Shown piece by piece: positions 37,946-52,479 of a stretch of 64,000 nucleotides of DNA. The stretch lies in the NCBI RefSeq assembly GCF_001447785.1, contig NW_015170275.1, forward strand, positions 115,511-179,510. Reading direction: 5' to 3'. Position numbers and translations under genes: made by a program. Position 1 is the first letter of the stretch. Every line of letters begins with the position of its first letter. This DNA is from Gekko japonicus. Taxonomy: Eukaryota. Below the pieces are notes generated by a model. The model had not been told where the DNA came from and did no database searches. It worked only from the letters and a program-made list of their open reading frames with translations.

Positions 37946-39776
37946 TACTACAAGTGACCAGTTGTCCCCCCCCCACCATTAAAAGCAGCTTGGATTTTGA
38001 GTGGTGGCATATTGATGAGCACAGCCTTTTCCTTGCCTGCTGTTTCCCCATCAAAATCACACGTTCACATTTCTTCCCTTTCTGGACAGTCCTTTTAGCA
38101 CATTACAGTGAAAACACACACACACACATCCTTCATAAAACAGCCAGTCCCTATAAACATTAAAAATAAAACTAGGGACCAATACTTGGACAAATTTTTA
38201 AACTGTACAGTCAGCTGTACATGTAATGTCCATATAATGTAAAAATTAATCAACACATGACCAAAGAAAAAACAAGTGTGCACTGTACATGGATTGAAGT
38301 GTACACTGTACATGTATTCACTGTAACAGGACTAGTATACAGGGTTAAGTATGGTAGTATACAGCTAATTAGATTTGGCCACATGATTAAATTCTTGAGT
38401 GCAAATAAATCTTTCAATTTCCCTTAGTATGAATGTGGACAAAAGATGGAATATGTCTCCATTGCCCAGGCAAAGGGGTGATTGCTTCCGATTTTGCCTC
38501 ACTGGTCTGCTTGGTATCAAGACTCAGCATACATAACTGTTGGATTAGTTGAGACTAGCAGAGAGAGAAGGCAAGGTATCAGCAGCCCTTTTGTAGCACT
38601 CAAAATGCCACCAAGAAGATACTTCCTTCTTGCCTCCGACAAGTCGAAGTACTCAGATTACACTCTGGAAAGCCTGGCAGTTGGACTTCAGCTAAACAAA
38701 AAGCCCATTTATTAAATAAGGGAAGTGATCTAGTACAGTAGCAATTCTTCTAAAAGCCTAGGTCTTCACAACAGTTAATGTAGTGGTTGGAATTAATATA
38801 AGATGTGCCTATCATTTTGGTTTGGAAAATGTAGCTCTTGGCTCTTGGTGCTGTGTGGTTGTTTTTAAAAGAGACTGTTTAGACTACCATTTTATGGATT
38901 TGCTATCTCAGTTTCACAAGAGGAGCCATTTAGATGAAACAGCACCCATTTTGAAGGGGGGGGGAGAAAACTTAGCAATGCCCATTTAGTTGGGAGCCAA
39001 GGGAGAGTTTGCCCGACAGCAGTCTCCATGAGAAAGAGACTGCCACCTGAAGCTCTGGTGGCAGTGACTGGAAGATGGCACTTCCCAGGAATGCTGTGGG
39101 GTTTTAAGCCAGGCAGGCAGTAGAAGTGTCCTGGTGATGGAGGGTAAGGAGGGGGGCTCATCCAATTGGACAAGCCAGGGGAGTGCTCAGAAGGGGTGAG
39201 TGCGGACAGACAGTAGGCAGCATGTTTGGGGAGAATTACACCTGGCTGGAAAGCAGGGCAGCTAAGTACGACAATAAGGATCTGAGAAAGATGGCATTCC
39301 TTCCACTGTCACAACACATGGAGGGGGCTGTTCCTTGCCACCTCCTCTCCTCAGCTGGACTCTTGCAGTAGGACGAAAAGACAATGAAGTTCATCTGTTA
39401 GAGGCTGAGGACACATCCCTGACTTACAACAGTCATTTACCTAGCCATAAAACCTCTCTAAACTTTCAGGCAGGCGTGACATTCAAAAGAACCCATTAAA
39501 ACTAGTCTTTTGACACAATTCATTTTCATTTGTTTCTTATGGATGCTGTTTCACAAAAATGATTCCCCAAAGGAAACTGAGATGGCGTCAACATGTCAGT
39601 ACTTTACAAGCTCGGAAAGAAATGTCTGAATCATCCCCGTAATGTCTGTCTTCAAAGGTAAAGGTGACACCCCACCCAATAATTCTGTCATCAGTATTAG
39701 TCTCAGAGTCTGAAAACACTATGACATCTAACCTGGACCAGGGGTTTAATGACCTGTGTGTGTGACATTTCTGTAG

Positions 39777-40001
<225 letters not shown>

Positions 40002-40494
40002 TAAATATGCTCCTGTGTATGTACATGTCATGCTTAATTTTTTTTTATGTGGGTTATATCACAGAACAAAACAGGCGTATACTGTTTTTGTTTCTTTATT
40101 TATACTTTAATGAGGCCTAAACACAGCAGGGTGGGGAAAATCTGCTTCCTTCACCTTGCGAAATGCATACTCTTCTCAAATTAGACTGTAAAATGGAAAC
40201 ACAAAACTCACTAGCTTTGATGAAAAACATCAAAAGATCTAGTAACCCTATACTGATTTGCACCTGTAATTCACGTCTGGATACATTGGAACCACTCTTT
40301 TAATAGCTACACTGAGTCGCTCCTCTTATTCTCCTGTGAGAGATAAGTTTTGATTGCAAAGAATTTTGATTTCAGAATGTCAGAAGAGGATTTTAAATAG
40401 AAACCTTTGGTCTTTGGTGGAACATTTGTTTGTTTTACATAGTTATTTAAAACATTTTTATGCCACCTTTACACCCAGTTGGGTCCACAAGACA

Positions 40495-40824
40495 TAGGGT
40501 TGCCAAGTTTAAATTCCTCCGAAGCGGGGGACTCCCGTCCGGCATCTAAAGCGCGTGCACGCGTGTACCGCACGCACGTCACCCGGAAGTAACGTGACGA
40601 CACCGGGCATGCTGGGGGCGGGGCCATGATCATCCAAGGGAAAACCATAGAGTTTTCCCTTGGATGACCATGGCCCCACCCCCAGCGTGCCAGGCATGGT
40701 CGCGTCACTTCCAGGTGACATGCACGTTGGGGAGGAGTCCCCCCGGGGCCCGATCTGCCGGTGGCAGGGAATGGACCTCTGGGGCGGGGGTTTCCCTGCC
40801 CCGCAGGGGGACTTGGCAAGCCTA
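40495..40824. mobile_element. Young CpG-rich palindromic hAT MITE
   Basis: TAGGGTTGCCAAGT...ACTTGGCAAGCCTA; perfect TSD acaagaca. Confidence 0.92.
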
Positions 40825-42154
40825 ACAAGACAGCAAACATTAAAAAAAATCAAAATATTTGAGCAACTAAAATACATTCAAAATTATAGAATAATTCAAT
40901 TTAAAACACATAAACCTGATCCTCTCAAGGTCTACTCAGTGGTAAGTCCCCTTGATTTCAGTGCTACTGCTTACTTCCTTATAAGTGTACCCAGGATTAT
41001 AGTATTAATGTGATTCAGAAGAGCTCAGTGGGTTTCCTAGCTTATCCTAGCTTTATGGATCTTAAAATGCAATGCATAGCAGCATGTGTTACACGAGGCA
41101 GGCTCTGGCTAACTTAGCATATGCTATTGCAGTACACTTTCCCTATGAGAATCGATTAACCAGGATACATGCAAAAAATCAGAATGATAAAGAGCCTTAA
41201 AATAGTAAGGCGTAAGCATACATTGTGCAAATGATCTACACAGCATATTCATAAGACTGTTAGCATGCTTCATTGGGTTATTAATGGCTTAATATTTACA
41301 ATGAGCCTTGAAGACAAAAAGTCCACTTACTGTTAACAGAGAAAATTAATCATAATTTCTAAATTCCTCCCTCTCTGGCTCTGTTCCCCCTCCTTTCCAC
41401 TAGCTACTTAATTGTTTGGTGAACTGTTTGCAGCTATTATGTGAGACTGCACACATTTGTCTGAAGTGTATTAAGGATTCAAGGCTTTCTCTCACAAACA
41501 GTTGCTGATTTGCAGTGTAATCCCATGGGGATCTGTGTCCTCTCCTCCCTCACCCCTAAAATAAAATTTTTGCTATCTGTTCTTTGATCATTTATCCCCA
41601 CAATGAAAGAAAATGTATTTCAAGAGTCCATCCATTCCCCTCTTTTAACTTACTTCACTCCCTTGCATATGTGAACAAAAACATTAATATATGTTCAGGG
41701 GCTGTTATCACAGAAAGACTGATAAAGATGAAGTAAAAAGGCCCATGTATGATACAAGAGAGGACAAGGGAAAAGATATGCATTGTTTTGATTCTCACAG
41801 TCTTTTCTCCCCCAACCCCCCAAAAGAGAAGTAAGCTAAAGCAAATCTCCCTCTGCTTAACCTTCTGTAAAATGGACAGAATAATATATACTGGATGATA
41901 TTCTGCAGATTAATGGGATTGAGTTAAAATGGCTATACTAATGTACACTTACTTGGAAGTAAGCCTTGTAAAAATTTTGGATCAACATACATAGATAAAA
42001 TTGGGCTGTTGGCACATTATGACAGCAAGCTGTGCACACTCACCTGGAAGTAAGTCTTTTTGAATTCAGTGTGACTTAACTGCAAAGCAAACATAAATAG
42101 CATCAGGCTGTGTACATGGTATGTACCCTTCCACTTCTCTCCCTTAGAGGCTAT

Positions 42155-42346
42155 CAGACGTTCCCAAACTTATTTGGCCTACTGCCCCCTTTTCAGAAAA
42201 AAATTACTCAGTGCCCCCCTGGTAATCTACCTTCAAGAAGTGGACAAAAAGATGCAATTTGTGGATCTGCACCTGGATCGTTCCAGCCCACCTGGATTGT
42301 TCCAGCACCCCTGACGGGGCAGTATTGCCCACTTTGGGAACCAGTG
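42155..42346. mobile_element. hAT-like MITE (CAG..GTTCCCAAA TIR)
   Basis: cagacgttcccaaa...tttgggaaccagtg; no clear TSD. Confidence 0.55.
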
Positions 42347-42400
42347 GGCTAGATTTTCCCTTTGTTTTTCTGTCCCTCACTGACTGAGCAACACTGGTAA

Positions 42401-43336
42401 TGTATTTTCTTCTCCCTTGAAGAAACTTTGGCTGTCCCACCCTATCAGTAAGATATATTTTGACTATTTGCACAGCCCAAGAACCTGAGGGAAGGGATAG
42501 GATAGCCCTTTAACTTAAACCCTTGAAAATGGCACTAGAGATAGTTTTAAATTCAAAAATAACAAAAGGTTTTATTTAACATCAAGGGGAAAGGTCAGGT
42601 GAAATCAGGGGTTGATATTACTGAGGTAAAACTAGTACAAGCATGGACTTTTGTTCTTATATATTAGGTGAATGAGAGGTTTTTATATGATTAACAGTTA
42701 CTTAGATCTTTATACTGAGAGGCTTTTGTTCCAATGTTTTCCCAAACATTCTATTTGCACAATCGCTGTTACTTTTTGATTTTCAGAAGGCTGGTATCCT
42801 CTTCCCAGTAGCCAAACACCTTCTTGAGTTTTGACTGATTTTTAAGGTCTTTACAAGCAGTTTCTAATCACACCAGACCAGGGATCTCTCTACTCCTTAG
42901 AGATAACTCTCCCTGTTTGACTGGATAGGGAATCCTTTGGTCTGAATGGGAGTCTTCTCTACTACCCAAACTTCCTTGCCAAACTTTCCCCCAGTTCTCT
43001 GTCTATGTTCAAACTGCTCTCAGCTACTACTGAACTGAGACTGTATTCAGTCAAGGCTGAAATCTGACTCTGTCAGCACCAAACCCTTTTCCTGTCAGGG
43101 CTTTTCTCAGACGGTCCCAGTACATATCTTTTCTCAGTTAAAACAGGAATCTGACTGACTCTCCTCAGCATCCAGCTTTCACAAGACCTTTTTTGCTTAG
43201 CTGATGCTAACCAATCATATTGCTTAGAGCAGCCTGTCACTCAAGGCTCTCTGGCTCTGTGAAGAATTAACCCTTCACAGTCCTTTAATTGTTGGTACAG
43301 CACTTCTAAGCTTCTTAAAAAGTGTAGCCCGTCACA
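42401..43336 (-). mobile_element. Probable solo LTR (about 0.94 kb)
   Basis: TG...CA ends flanked by a 4-bp duplication gtaa; minus-strand start TGTGACGGG; AATAAA on the minus strand near 42572. Confidence 0.55.
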
Positions 43337-43847
43337 GTAAACTATGAATAAAATTACTCTTCTGTATAATTTTTTTGCAGTTTATAATTTATTTATTTCG
43401 TTTAGAAAGCCAATATCATATGGAGTTACACAGATTTCATATATACAAACTTCTTGTACAACATGTACTTTTCCTAACAACACAGAATAACATATCCTTC
43501 AGATTTCATTTCATTTTAACATCTTCCCTTTTTCTCTTTCATTATTTTCCCCGCATTTTGGACCATCATATCTTTCTAGGAATTATTACATCCCACAAAT
43601 TCTTATCTGCATTGTAAACCTTTCATGATTGTACAAATACCATCTCATACCTCATAAACAATTTTCTGCATTCCATATATGGGCATAGTGGGTTCAGAAT
43701 ACAGAATGCTTATGACATTTTATTATATTGGCCATTTTACATCATGTGAAATTATTTTTGCAGTAATAACACATACTCACATTCTAAACTTTCAGGAAAG
43801 GCAAAGCAAAATAATGCCATAATAATTACTGGATCTGATAAATTCGT

Positions 43848-44190
43848 GTGGGGTAGCCATGTTGGTCTGAAGCAGCACAACAAAGTTTGAGTCCAGTAGC
43901 ACCACTAAGACCAACACTTCCTCAGATACAAGTAGAACAGAACCTCCTCAAACATTACTTATATGGGGTGGGACTTGTAGTCAGGAAGGGCCATTTAATC
44001 TCAGCTATAATCACCTAGTACTTATGCATCTTGACTCTAAATGGCCCTTCCTGACAACAACCCTCATCCCTATAAGTAATGGTTGAGGAGGTTCTGTTCC
44101 ACTGTATCTGAGGAAGTGTGCTTGCACACAAAAGCTCATACCATGAATAAAACTTTGTTGATCTTAAAGGAGCCACTGGCCTCAGACTTG
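43848..44190. mobile_element. Inverted Penelope-like fragments
   Basis: Palindromic arms around 43895-44180, including ctgaggaagtgtg..aaagctcatacc..aataaaactttgttg. Confidence 0.7.
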
Positions 44191-45984
44191 GGTATGATAA
44201 AGTTTCATTGGCAAATCTCAGTGGCAGAACTAACAGCCTACCATTGCACACAATAAACATGCTGTCACTTAACCAGTGCTGTTATCACCTGTTTAAACTC
44301 AGGAAGAAACAGAATGCTTCTGTTTGCTTGAGTGACATCAGACATATCTTACTCGAGGCAATAGTACAGCTGGGTGCTATTTGGAACACAGATGGATAAT
44401 TTTCTTGACATTTGTCCACACTGCAAAAGTAATATTTCAGGATGTCATATTAGATTTGCAAAATTGAGAAGCCTGAATGAAAGTTAACCTGAAACAGAGT
44501 AAGCATAAATCATGTTCAATGTTGAATCAAAAGCATATAATCTCCCAGCTGTATTCTGTTGAGCTGAGATACATCCTTAATGGAGATTCAGCATGAAGCA
44601 TTTGCACTGGTATTTCTGGCCAGAAAGATTTTATTCTAAGAGCTCTCCAAACTAAGTCAGAGAAGTTCTGGGACTTCCCTGATGGTTTAAATGTGTCAGG
44701 TGCAGAAGAGCCGCGCACACACACACACACTCATCTCCACTGATCCATAAGTTCATTATTAGGATGATCATTTAGTTCAGACACTAAAGGAGTTTGTTTT
44801 CTTCCTTGGGTGAGCATTTGCATGATTAAGACATCTCTGGAAAAGCATATCCAAGTATTCATTTAGATTTTCTAACACACATTGGGGAATTCTCTAATCA
44901 TGATTATAAGAGTCTTTAATGCTATTAGCCGCAGGAAAAAGATAACCTTTTTTTAGTTAATGACCCTAAGGGCCAGCTGTACGTGATCTTCATGTAATGG
45001 CATGAGTCTGCCTACAGGGGGAGGATGTACTTGTAAACAAAAGTGGAACATAAAAGCAAAGGGAGTTAAACCATGTCCTTTTCCACACCTTATCTTAAAA
45101 CAGACTTCCTAGCTGCCCCCCCCCCACCCCTTTTCATTATATGTGAATAGGAAGGTCCCATGGAAATGCACTGTAGTTATTTGTGACTATTATTGTGTCC
45201 ATTACCTGCTTTCTTGGGTCTTCAGTCATTTCCCTGTGCCAGTTTTGCAGGTGAGAATTTTAATTACTTACAAGATGGAATCTCTTTTTCCTATTTGACT
45301 CAAATATGGCAAGGAGGGTACATTGGGTAAGAAGGGTACCTCCCCCCCATTGGATCCTTCCCCCCATTGAATGGGGAAACCAATTTACTGCTTGGGTGGC
45401 TGAAAAACAAATATAATAGAGGAAACAAAGATAAGTAAAATTTAAAATAAAGAAAAGAATAGCATTTACAAAAATGAAAATGAACTGAATGTGCCATTTC
45501 CCACGCTTATTACTGCATAATTAATTGATGGCTTCAATCTAAGACTTGTGACAGGGCTCTCTTTTGGCACTAATGGGAAAGATAGTCTTGAGCTAAAAAA
45601 GTGTTTTCTAGTATATATTCTTCCGCTGGGGGAGAACAGTATCTCACAATGCACAGGGCTGCAAGCACCTGCTTCAGCCAATGAAAAGGTGACACAACCT
45701 GAAACTTCTATTGTTTTTTTTCCTTTAAAGAGAAACTAATGACATTTGTGAATGATAGCTGTATCAGTAGCCATTAACTTGATAGCTCATGGCTGTCTTC
45801 ATGTTCTGCTGCTGGGCTTTCCAGAAAGATCTGCTGGAAACTAGACAGGCCCTCGATCTGATCCAGCAACAGTGTTCTGTATTATTCTATATGTGGTTGG
45901 ATGTAAGAAGGATGGACTCAGTGCTGAATGGAAGAAAGGTGTAGTTAAGGTGTGCTCTCCCTATAGCACCTTCCTACTGCATAT

Positions 45985-46155
45985 GTGTTATATGCCATCA
46001 AGTCACTTCCTACTTACGGGGACCGTGACCCTATGAATTAATAATCTCCAAAATGTCCTCTCCTTAACAGCCTCGCTCAGGCCTTGCAAACTGAAGACCA
46101 CGGCTTCCTTTCTTGAGTCAATGCATCTCATGTGAGGCCTTCCTCTTTTCCTGAT
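45985..46155 (-). mobile_element. RTE-clade LINE 3' remnant
   Basis: Minus strand reads RKRGRPHMRCIDSRKEA, resembling the RTE C-terminal RGRPxxRWxD motif. Confidence 0.55.
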
Positions 46156-46394
46156 ATCTCCAACTTTTCTTTCTATAAGGACAAACCAAATGTTAAGATC
46201 TCTTGGGAAGGTGGCATTAAACTGTTTCTAAGAAAACTTTTAACTGGAACAAAAATGGGATTACAGTGGGCACAATCCATCAGCAAGTTCTCCTTGATAA
46301 GACCCATTGAAATGAATGCTCTTGCACAGTTCTTAGTAATTCCAGCGGATTTTTCTTAAAAAGTTGATGCCAGTGCACATCAATGGAAACTAAA

Positions 46395-46572
46395 TAGGAT
46401 TGCCAAACTCCAGGTGGAGCCTGGAGATCTCCCAGAATCAGAATTAATCTCCAGTCTTTAGGGATCAGTTCCCCTGGAGCAAATGGTACCTTCAGAGGGT
46501 GGACTCTGGGACATTGTACCCCACTGAAGTCCCTCCCCATCCCAGGCTCCACTCCAAAATCACCAGTCCTAG
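46395..46572. mobile_element. hAT-type MITE (TAGGGTTGCCAA family), truncated
   Basis: Similar to the 2586 copy. Confidence 0.7.
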
Positions 46573-47364
46573 CACTAAATCACCTGCACTGCATGCTTTG
46601 TACAGAGCGACAGAGAATATTCTTCAGATCTGCAAGACAGTTGTGGCTCTGGGTTGTTTTTCCCCCATGCTTCAATTTGATGACAGTAATATTCTATAAT
46701 CTAATGTTGGAATTTAAGAGGATTTGGTCTTCCCTAGTTATGCTGCTTTATCATGGCAGAGATTAGCAAAGCGAGAGGGCAGAGGTCACTTTGATGGCTG
46801 AAAGTCATTTGTTGCTGTGCAAAATGTTTCTTTTGCATGTGTTTCTTCCTTCTTGCAGTGATGCCCTGATGATACTGATAGGTTGCCTTCTTTTCTTGAA
46901 GGTAACGTCATATCCTGCTCTCCCAAGAGACCCCCCCTCCTTTAAAAAAAAATCCAGGAAAAGAAAGAAAAAACAATTCCATTACTCTCAGCAAAACTGT
47001 ATGAAATCCCTTGTTCTTTAGAATGACTTTAAAAAAAATAAAGCTTTCCACTAAGGTTTGAGATAACTTCCCAGAATAATGAGAGGAAAATAATGAAAGG
47101 AAAATAATGAAATAATGAGAAAATATATAAAGTGCTAATTGGTGGTGAATACCTTAAATCAAGATTGCAGTTTTTCTAGGTATTTGTTAACACTGTTGTT
47201 TCCATCACTATGATTACTATATCTTTGGAACAGTTTGCACGTGCATGTTTGTCATTCAGTGACTGATCAAACACCATTGGTAACACTTTTCTATAATTAT
47301 GCTTTTCTGAAAAGTCAATTCACATATTCAGTCACCAGTCACCAAGGTCCCCAGCTCATGAGAC

Positions 47365-47765
47365 CCAGCATCGTGTAGTGGTTACAGTTAACTAACTTCA
47401 TTTATGCCCCACTTTTCTCCACAATGGGGACCCAGACTGGCTTACAACATTCTCCTCTCCTCCGTTTTAGCCTTATAACAACCCTGTGTGGTAGGTTAGA
47501 TTGAGAGTACATGACTGGCGCAAGGTCACCCCGCAAGCTTCCTTAGTGGACTGGGAATGTGAACCTGTGTCCAGCACTCTAACCATTTAAACATGCTGGC
47601 TTGGACTGGGAGCTGGGAGATCCAGGCTTGAATCTCTACTTTACTATGGAAGCTTGCTATGTGACCTTAGGTGAGTCACACACTCTTAGCTTAACCTAGA
47701 ATGCTGTAAGATTCTTTGAGTTTGTATTAGGAATAAAAACAAAATGCACATTTCTAAATAAATAT
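47365..47765. mobile_element. Two nested Squam3/MIR-like SINEs in opposite orientations
   Basis: Minus copy at about 47395-47600 inside a plus copy whose head (gtgtagtggtta) is at about 47373. Confidence 0.55.
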
Positions 47766-47996
47766 ATAAGATCTAATTCATACATGTGTGTCCATAACAT
47801 AATTTTTCTCTATTCCCAGTGACTGGTAGTTAAATATATCAAATTTCTTTGTGAGAAGGCAATGTATTTCAAGTGATATAAAAGTTCTCTGTAGTATTAT
47901 ATCTGCAATTTATCACAACTTGCTTGAATGTGATGAAGATGCAGCCCCAATTCAAGTACAGAAAAGAAATCAAGTGATTCGTGCAACAGGTGTAAA

Positions 47997-48900
47997 TAGG
48001 GATGGGCACAAACTGGGAAAATGCAGTTTGTAACTGTTCATAGTTTGTGGTGTGCCTAGTTTGTGAACCACAAAGAATCATGAAGTTTTAGGGGCTAAAT
48101 GGTTTGGTTAATGAGGTTTGTGACATGGTAGAACCTCCTCCTGGTGTGCTAGAGACACCAAACTCACAGGGGATCTTTGGCTGACTCTCCTCTATTTGCC
48201 CTCCAAGTTGAATAAGGATTGAATTTATGAAGTCTAAGTTATGGGTCCCCAAACAAGGTGCCCCATCCTCCAGTGTTTCCAATGGAGGGGGGGGAAACAG
48301 CAAAAAAGCAAAGGCAATAGAAGCCCAGCAGAACAGAATCAAAGTCCCAGAGAATCTCTGCAGTAGAAACTGAAAGTCGGGGGCATTTTTACAGGTCCAG
48401 CAGAACCACTGCCACTGTGGCAGTGCAAATCCAACAAGACTAAGATCAAGCTAGAAAATATCTGCAGTAGAAACTGAAGGTGGCAAGGGAAAATTTTGCA
48501 AGCTCAGCAGAACCAGTGTGCTGTACCCAGCAGAACCAGTGCAAACCCAACAGGACTAAAGTCAAGCCAGATAATCTCTGCAGTAGAAACTAAAGGTATT
48601 GGTGGGCATTTTTGCAAGCCCAGCAGAACCAGTGCAATGTACAGAGTGCCCAGCAGTACCAGTGCAATCAGAAAGTGCCTGGCAGAATCCAGTGCCATTG
48701 TGGCAATGCCAGCTCAACAGAACTGATGCCTAGCACAGAATCACACTCCAAGGGGGGGCTTGCAAGCCCAGCAGAACCAGTGCAATGTACAGAGTGCCCA
48801 GCAGTACCAGTGCAATCAGAAAGTGCCTGGCAGAATCCAGTGCCATTGTGGCAATGCCAGCTCAACAGAACTGATGCCTAGCACAGTCTTGTTTCTATGC
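47997..48900. mobile_element. hAT-like element (TAGGGATGGGCAC terminus) with internal minisatellite
   Basis: Terminus shared with the 53987-54543 element; repeated ccagcagaaccagtgc units; right end not found. Confidence 0.6.
48612..48886. repeat. Perfect 127-bp direct duplication (period 148)
   Basis: 48612-48738 is identical to 48760-48886. Confidence 0.92.
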
Positions 48901-48984
48901 CACGATTTGCCAGCCAGTACTGATACTGATACAGTACAGGAACTGAAGGCCTCTTGGTTGTCTTCTGGTCCATTATTGGACTAA

Positions 48985-50765
48985 TTCAGCTGGCTCTCAT
49001 GAACTGAGGTCGACAAGGTCCTCGATTCTGTGACGTCTGCCACTTGCCTCTTGGACCCGTGCCCATCATGGCTGGTAAAAGCTAGTGGTGATGGATATTG
49101 TAAATCTCCTAGGGTCTTCCTTGGGAGATTAAAAGAGGCAGTGATTAGGCCACTCTTTAGAAAGCCATCCTAATGATCTATCCAACTACTGCTTGGTATC
49201 AAACTTACTGTTTCTGGGTAAGGTAGTTGAGAGAGCGGTAATGGAGCAGCTTCAGAGTTTCCTGGATGACACTTAGGCCCTCAACTCCTTCCAATCTGAG
49301 TTCTGCCCTGGTCACAGGATGAACACAGCGCTAGTTGTTCTCATAGATTACCTGCACAGACAACTGGATCAAGGCGGGTCAGTGTTGCTGATTCTACTTG
49401 ACTTAGAAGCATTTGACATGGTCAATCATGACCTTTTAACCCACCTCCTTGCTGATGTGGGGATTCGGGGGATAGTCTTGTAGTGGTTTGTCTCCTTCCT
49501 TCAAGATCAGAGATAGAGGGTGGTGCTAGGGGAGAGGGTCTCACCATGACACCCTTTGGTGTGTGGTGTCCTGCAGGGGGCAATCCTTTCCCTAGTGCTA
49601 TTTAACATCTTTATGTACTGGTGTAAATAAAGCTGGTGTAGAGTTTTGGGCTTGGGTGTCACCAGTACGCTGATGACACCCAGCTGTATCTGTTGATGAA
49701 CATCCAGCCAAACGCCACCCCAGAGATTTTGGACAGGGGTCTGGAGGCTGTAGTTGATTGGTTAAAACAGAGCCAGCTGAAATTAAAGCCATCAAAGATG
49801 GAGGTCCTGTGACTGGGCCAGGGAGATGCAGGATTGGGATACCAACTCCCAGCTGTGTTGTTAACATCTGGATTGACCCTCAGGAGCCTGGGTGTGATAC
49901 TGGATGCCTCTTTGTTCAATGGAGGCCCAGGTTACCTGACATTCTACCACCTGTGCCAGGATAAAGGGTTCCCTTCCTGTCTCCCTCAGCCTAGCCACAG
50001 TGATCCATGCAATGGTCACCTCCAGGTTGGATTACTGTAACTCACTCTACACAGGGCTACGCTTGAGACTGACCCAGAAATTACAGTTGGTTCAGAATGT
50101 AGCTGGGTGGCTGCTTACTGTAATGCCCTTTAGGGCACATATTCAACCAGTGCTCTACCAGCTGCACTGGCTCCAGATTGAAGACCAGTTCAGGTTCAAG
50201 GTGTTGGTGTTAACCCTCAAAGCCCTACATGGTCTGGGACCAGCATATCTTCAGGACCGCCTCTCTTGGTATACCGCTGAGAGAGCGTTATGCTCTAGTG
50301 ACCAAAACTTGCTGGTGATCCCTGTCCCAAAGAGCGTCCGGCAGTCCTTGACCAGAGCCAGGGCCCTTTTGGCCCTGCTCCAGCCTGGTGGAACACTCTT
50401 CCAGCTGAGTTCCAGGCCCAGTGGGATCTGATGCAATTCCGCAGGGCCTGTAAAACAGACTTCTTCTGCTGAGCCTATGATTCAGGACAGCGATGTGTTC
50501 CATCTCTGATTGGCCTCCTCCTCTCTCCTCGTCTTCTCCCTTCTCCTTTCAGATCAGACAGAATATACATCACTCTCCCCCTGAGTTTTATGCCATCTTT
50601 TAGTTATCTGCTGGTTTATAATTTTATGTATGTTATTATATATTATTCGGTATTTTATTGTATTTATTGTATCTATGTATTAGAATAGTCAAATGTTTTT
50701 TATCAGTGATGTTACCTGCTCTGAGCCTGGATATGGGGGACAGCGGGATACAAATCTAATAAATC
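48985..50765 (+). mobile_element. L2-clade LINE, RT region and 3' end
   Basis: AFDMVNHDLL, GVLQGAIL, YADDTQLY, TSRLDYCNSL...LHWLQIEDQFRFK peptides; many disablements. Confidence 0.9.
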
Positions 50766-50825
50766 AGTGTAGCTCTGTACAGAGGGCTTTTTCAGTTTGG
50801 AGAAGTAAACAGAGGAGCCCTAGGA

Positions 50826-52260
50826 CAGAGGTGTTGAACTCATTTGTTACAAGGGCCAGATCTAAAATAAATGTTACTTTGTCGGGCTGGGCCATGTGTG
50901 CCATAAAATGTAACATGAGGAGATATAAGTTTTATAAAGATAATTTCAGATGCCAAATGGCAATAACAGGCTTGATTGGATTAGGTGTGATATGCAGAGG
51001 GGTAGTAGGTATGGAAATATCAGCATTGGTAATGAGACAGGAAACCTAGATCTCAATTTGGCTCAGGAGCATTCAGTCCAGGAGGATGCAAAGAATAAAC
51101 AGAAATAAGTCTAAAGAAGTGAGCAGTGACTCATGAAAGCTCATACCCTACCACAATTTTTGTTAGTCTTCAAGGTGCTACTGGACTGTTACTCTTTCCA
51201 CTGCTATTAGAAACATTCAAAAAACCAGTGGGTGGACATTTTAACCCTCCAGGTCATTCAGTTGCTGACCTAAGAGCAACATTTCTCTTACAAAGGAATT
51301 TCAAAAGGGATATTAGAAAGAAAAACTGATGAATTGCAACTGATAATGAAGCTCAAGACAATGCATCCTCCTGAACTGAATTGAGACCTAGGTTTCATCT
51401 CTCAGTACCAATGCCTGCTATGGTCATTTGGCATCTGAAATAATTTCACTCTCCAAGATAAAAGGACAAATGGACTCACATTCTATCTGTATCTGAAGAA
51501 GTGAGCAGTGACTCATAAAAACTCATGCGCTGTCACAAATTTTATTTATTGTTAAGTTGCTACTGGACTCTTGCTCCCTTCCACTAATAAGAATTGCATG
51601 GTGTGCTGTTAGGTTTCTTTTCCCCTCCCCCATCTGCTAGAACTGGAAATGGGGATCTTTCTCTCTCTCTGGTTCTTTCACTCCCTCCCTCCCTCTCTCT
51701 GAAGTAGTATGCACGCACATGAAAGCGTATACCTGGAATAAAACTTTGTTGGTCTTAAAGGTGCCATAGAACTCTCTCCCTCTCCCTCTCAAACTCTTGC
51801 TCCCTTCCACTAATGAAGATTTCAAGCTGTGCTGTTAGATTTCTCCCCCCCCCCATTTGTTAGAACTGGAAAGGGGGATCTCTCATGCTGCCTCTCATGC
51901 TCTCTCTCATGCTCTCTCTGGTTCTTTCACTCCTCCTCCCTCCCTCCCTCCCTCTCTCACTCCAAAGAAGTATTGTTGCACATGAAAGCTTATACCTGGG
52001 ATAAAACTTTATTGGTCTTAAAGGTGCCACAGGACTTAAAGTTTGTTCTCTAAACAAAATGTATTGATAATCATAGGTGACTGGAACACAAAAGTAGGAA
52101 ACATAAGATCATAAGATCCTTTATCTCCTCTGCAAAGCAGGAAGCAGGAGAGGAGAGAGTTGTGCAAAAGTGAGCTCTGATACATTAAGCAGGAAGCAGG
52201 CCAGATGGGAGCCCTGCAGGGGCCTTTTCTGGCCCACGGGCCATATGTTTGACACCCCTG
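50826..52260. mobile_element. hAT-Charlie-like element containing Penelope-like fragments and a two-copy repeat of about 225 bp
   Basis: CAGAGGTGTTGAAC...GTTTGACACCCCTG termini; TSD-like ccctagga/ctctaggg. Confidence 0.7.
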
Positions 52261-52479
52261 CTCTAGGGGCTCAAACTGAATCTACTTCAGCAGTATTTAT
52301 AAGAAAATGGAAAAGTGCAAGAGCCAGTAGGAATTTCCGAATACTGAATTGCCCAATGATAACCATTTCATACCATATGAAGCATAACATCAAGGGTTCA
52401 TTCACCTGCACATCCTCTAACTTGATAGTGTGCCTGAAGTATGCTTTACATTGATCAAAGTGGACAGTCTCTGCACAAG

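Noticed and set aside
38440-38700. Possible signal-peptide exon of the antisense gene (LLIPCLLSLLVST)
   Set aside because: No convincing start or donor site; evidence too weak to extend the pseudogene call.
48320-48890. CRISPR-like repeat/spacer array
   Set aside because: Vertebrate DNA; repeats are degenerate and the intervening segments are themselves duplicated, so it is a minisatellite.
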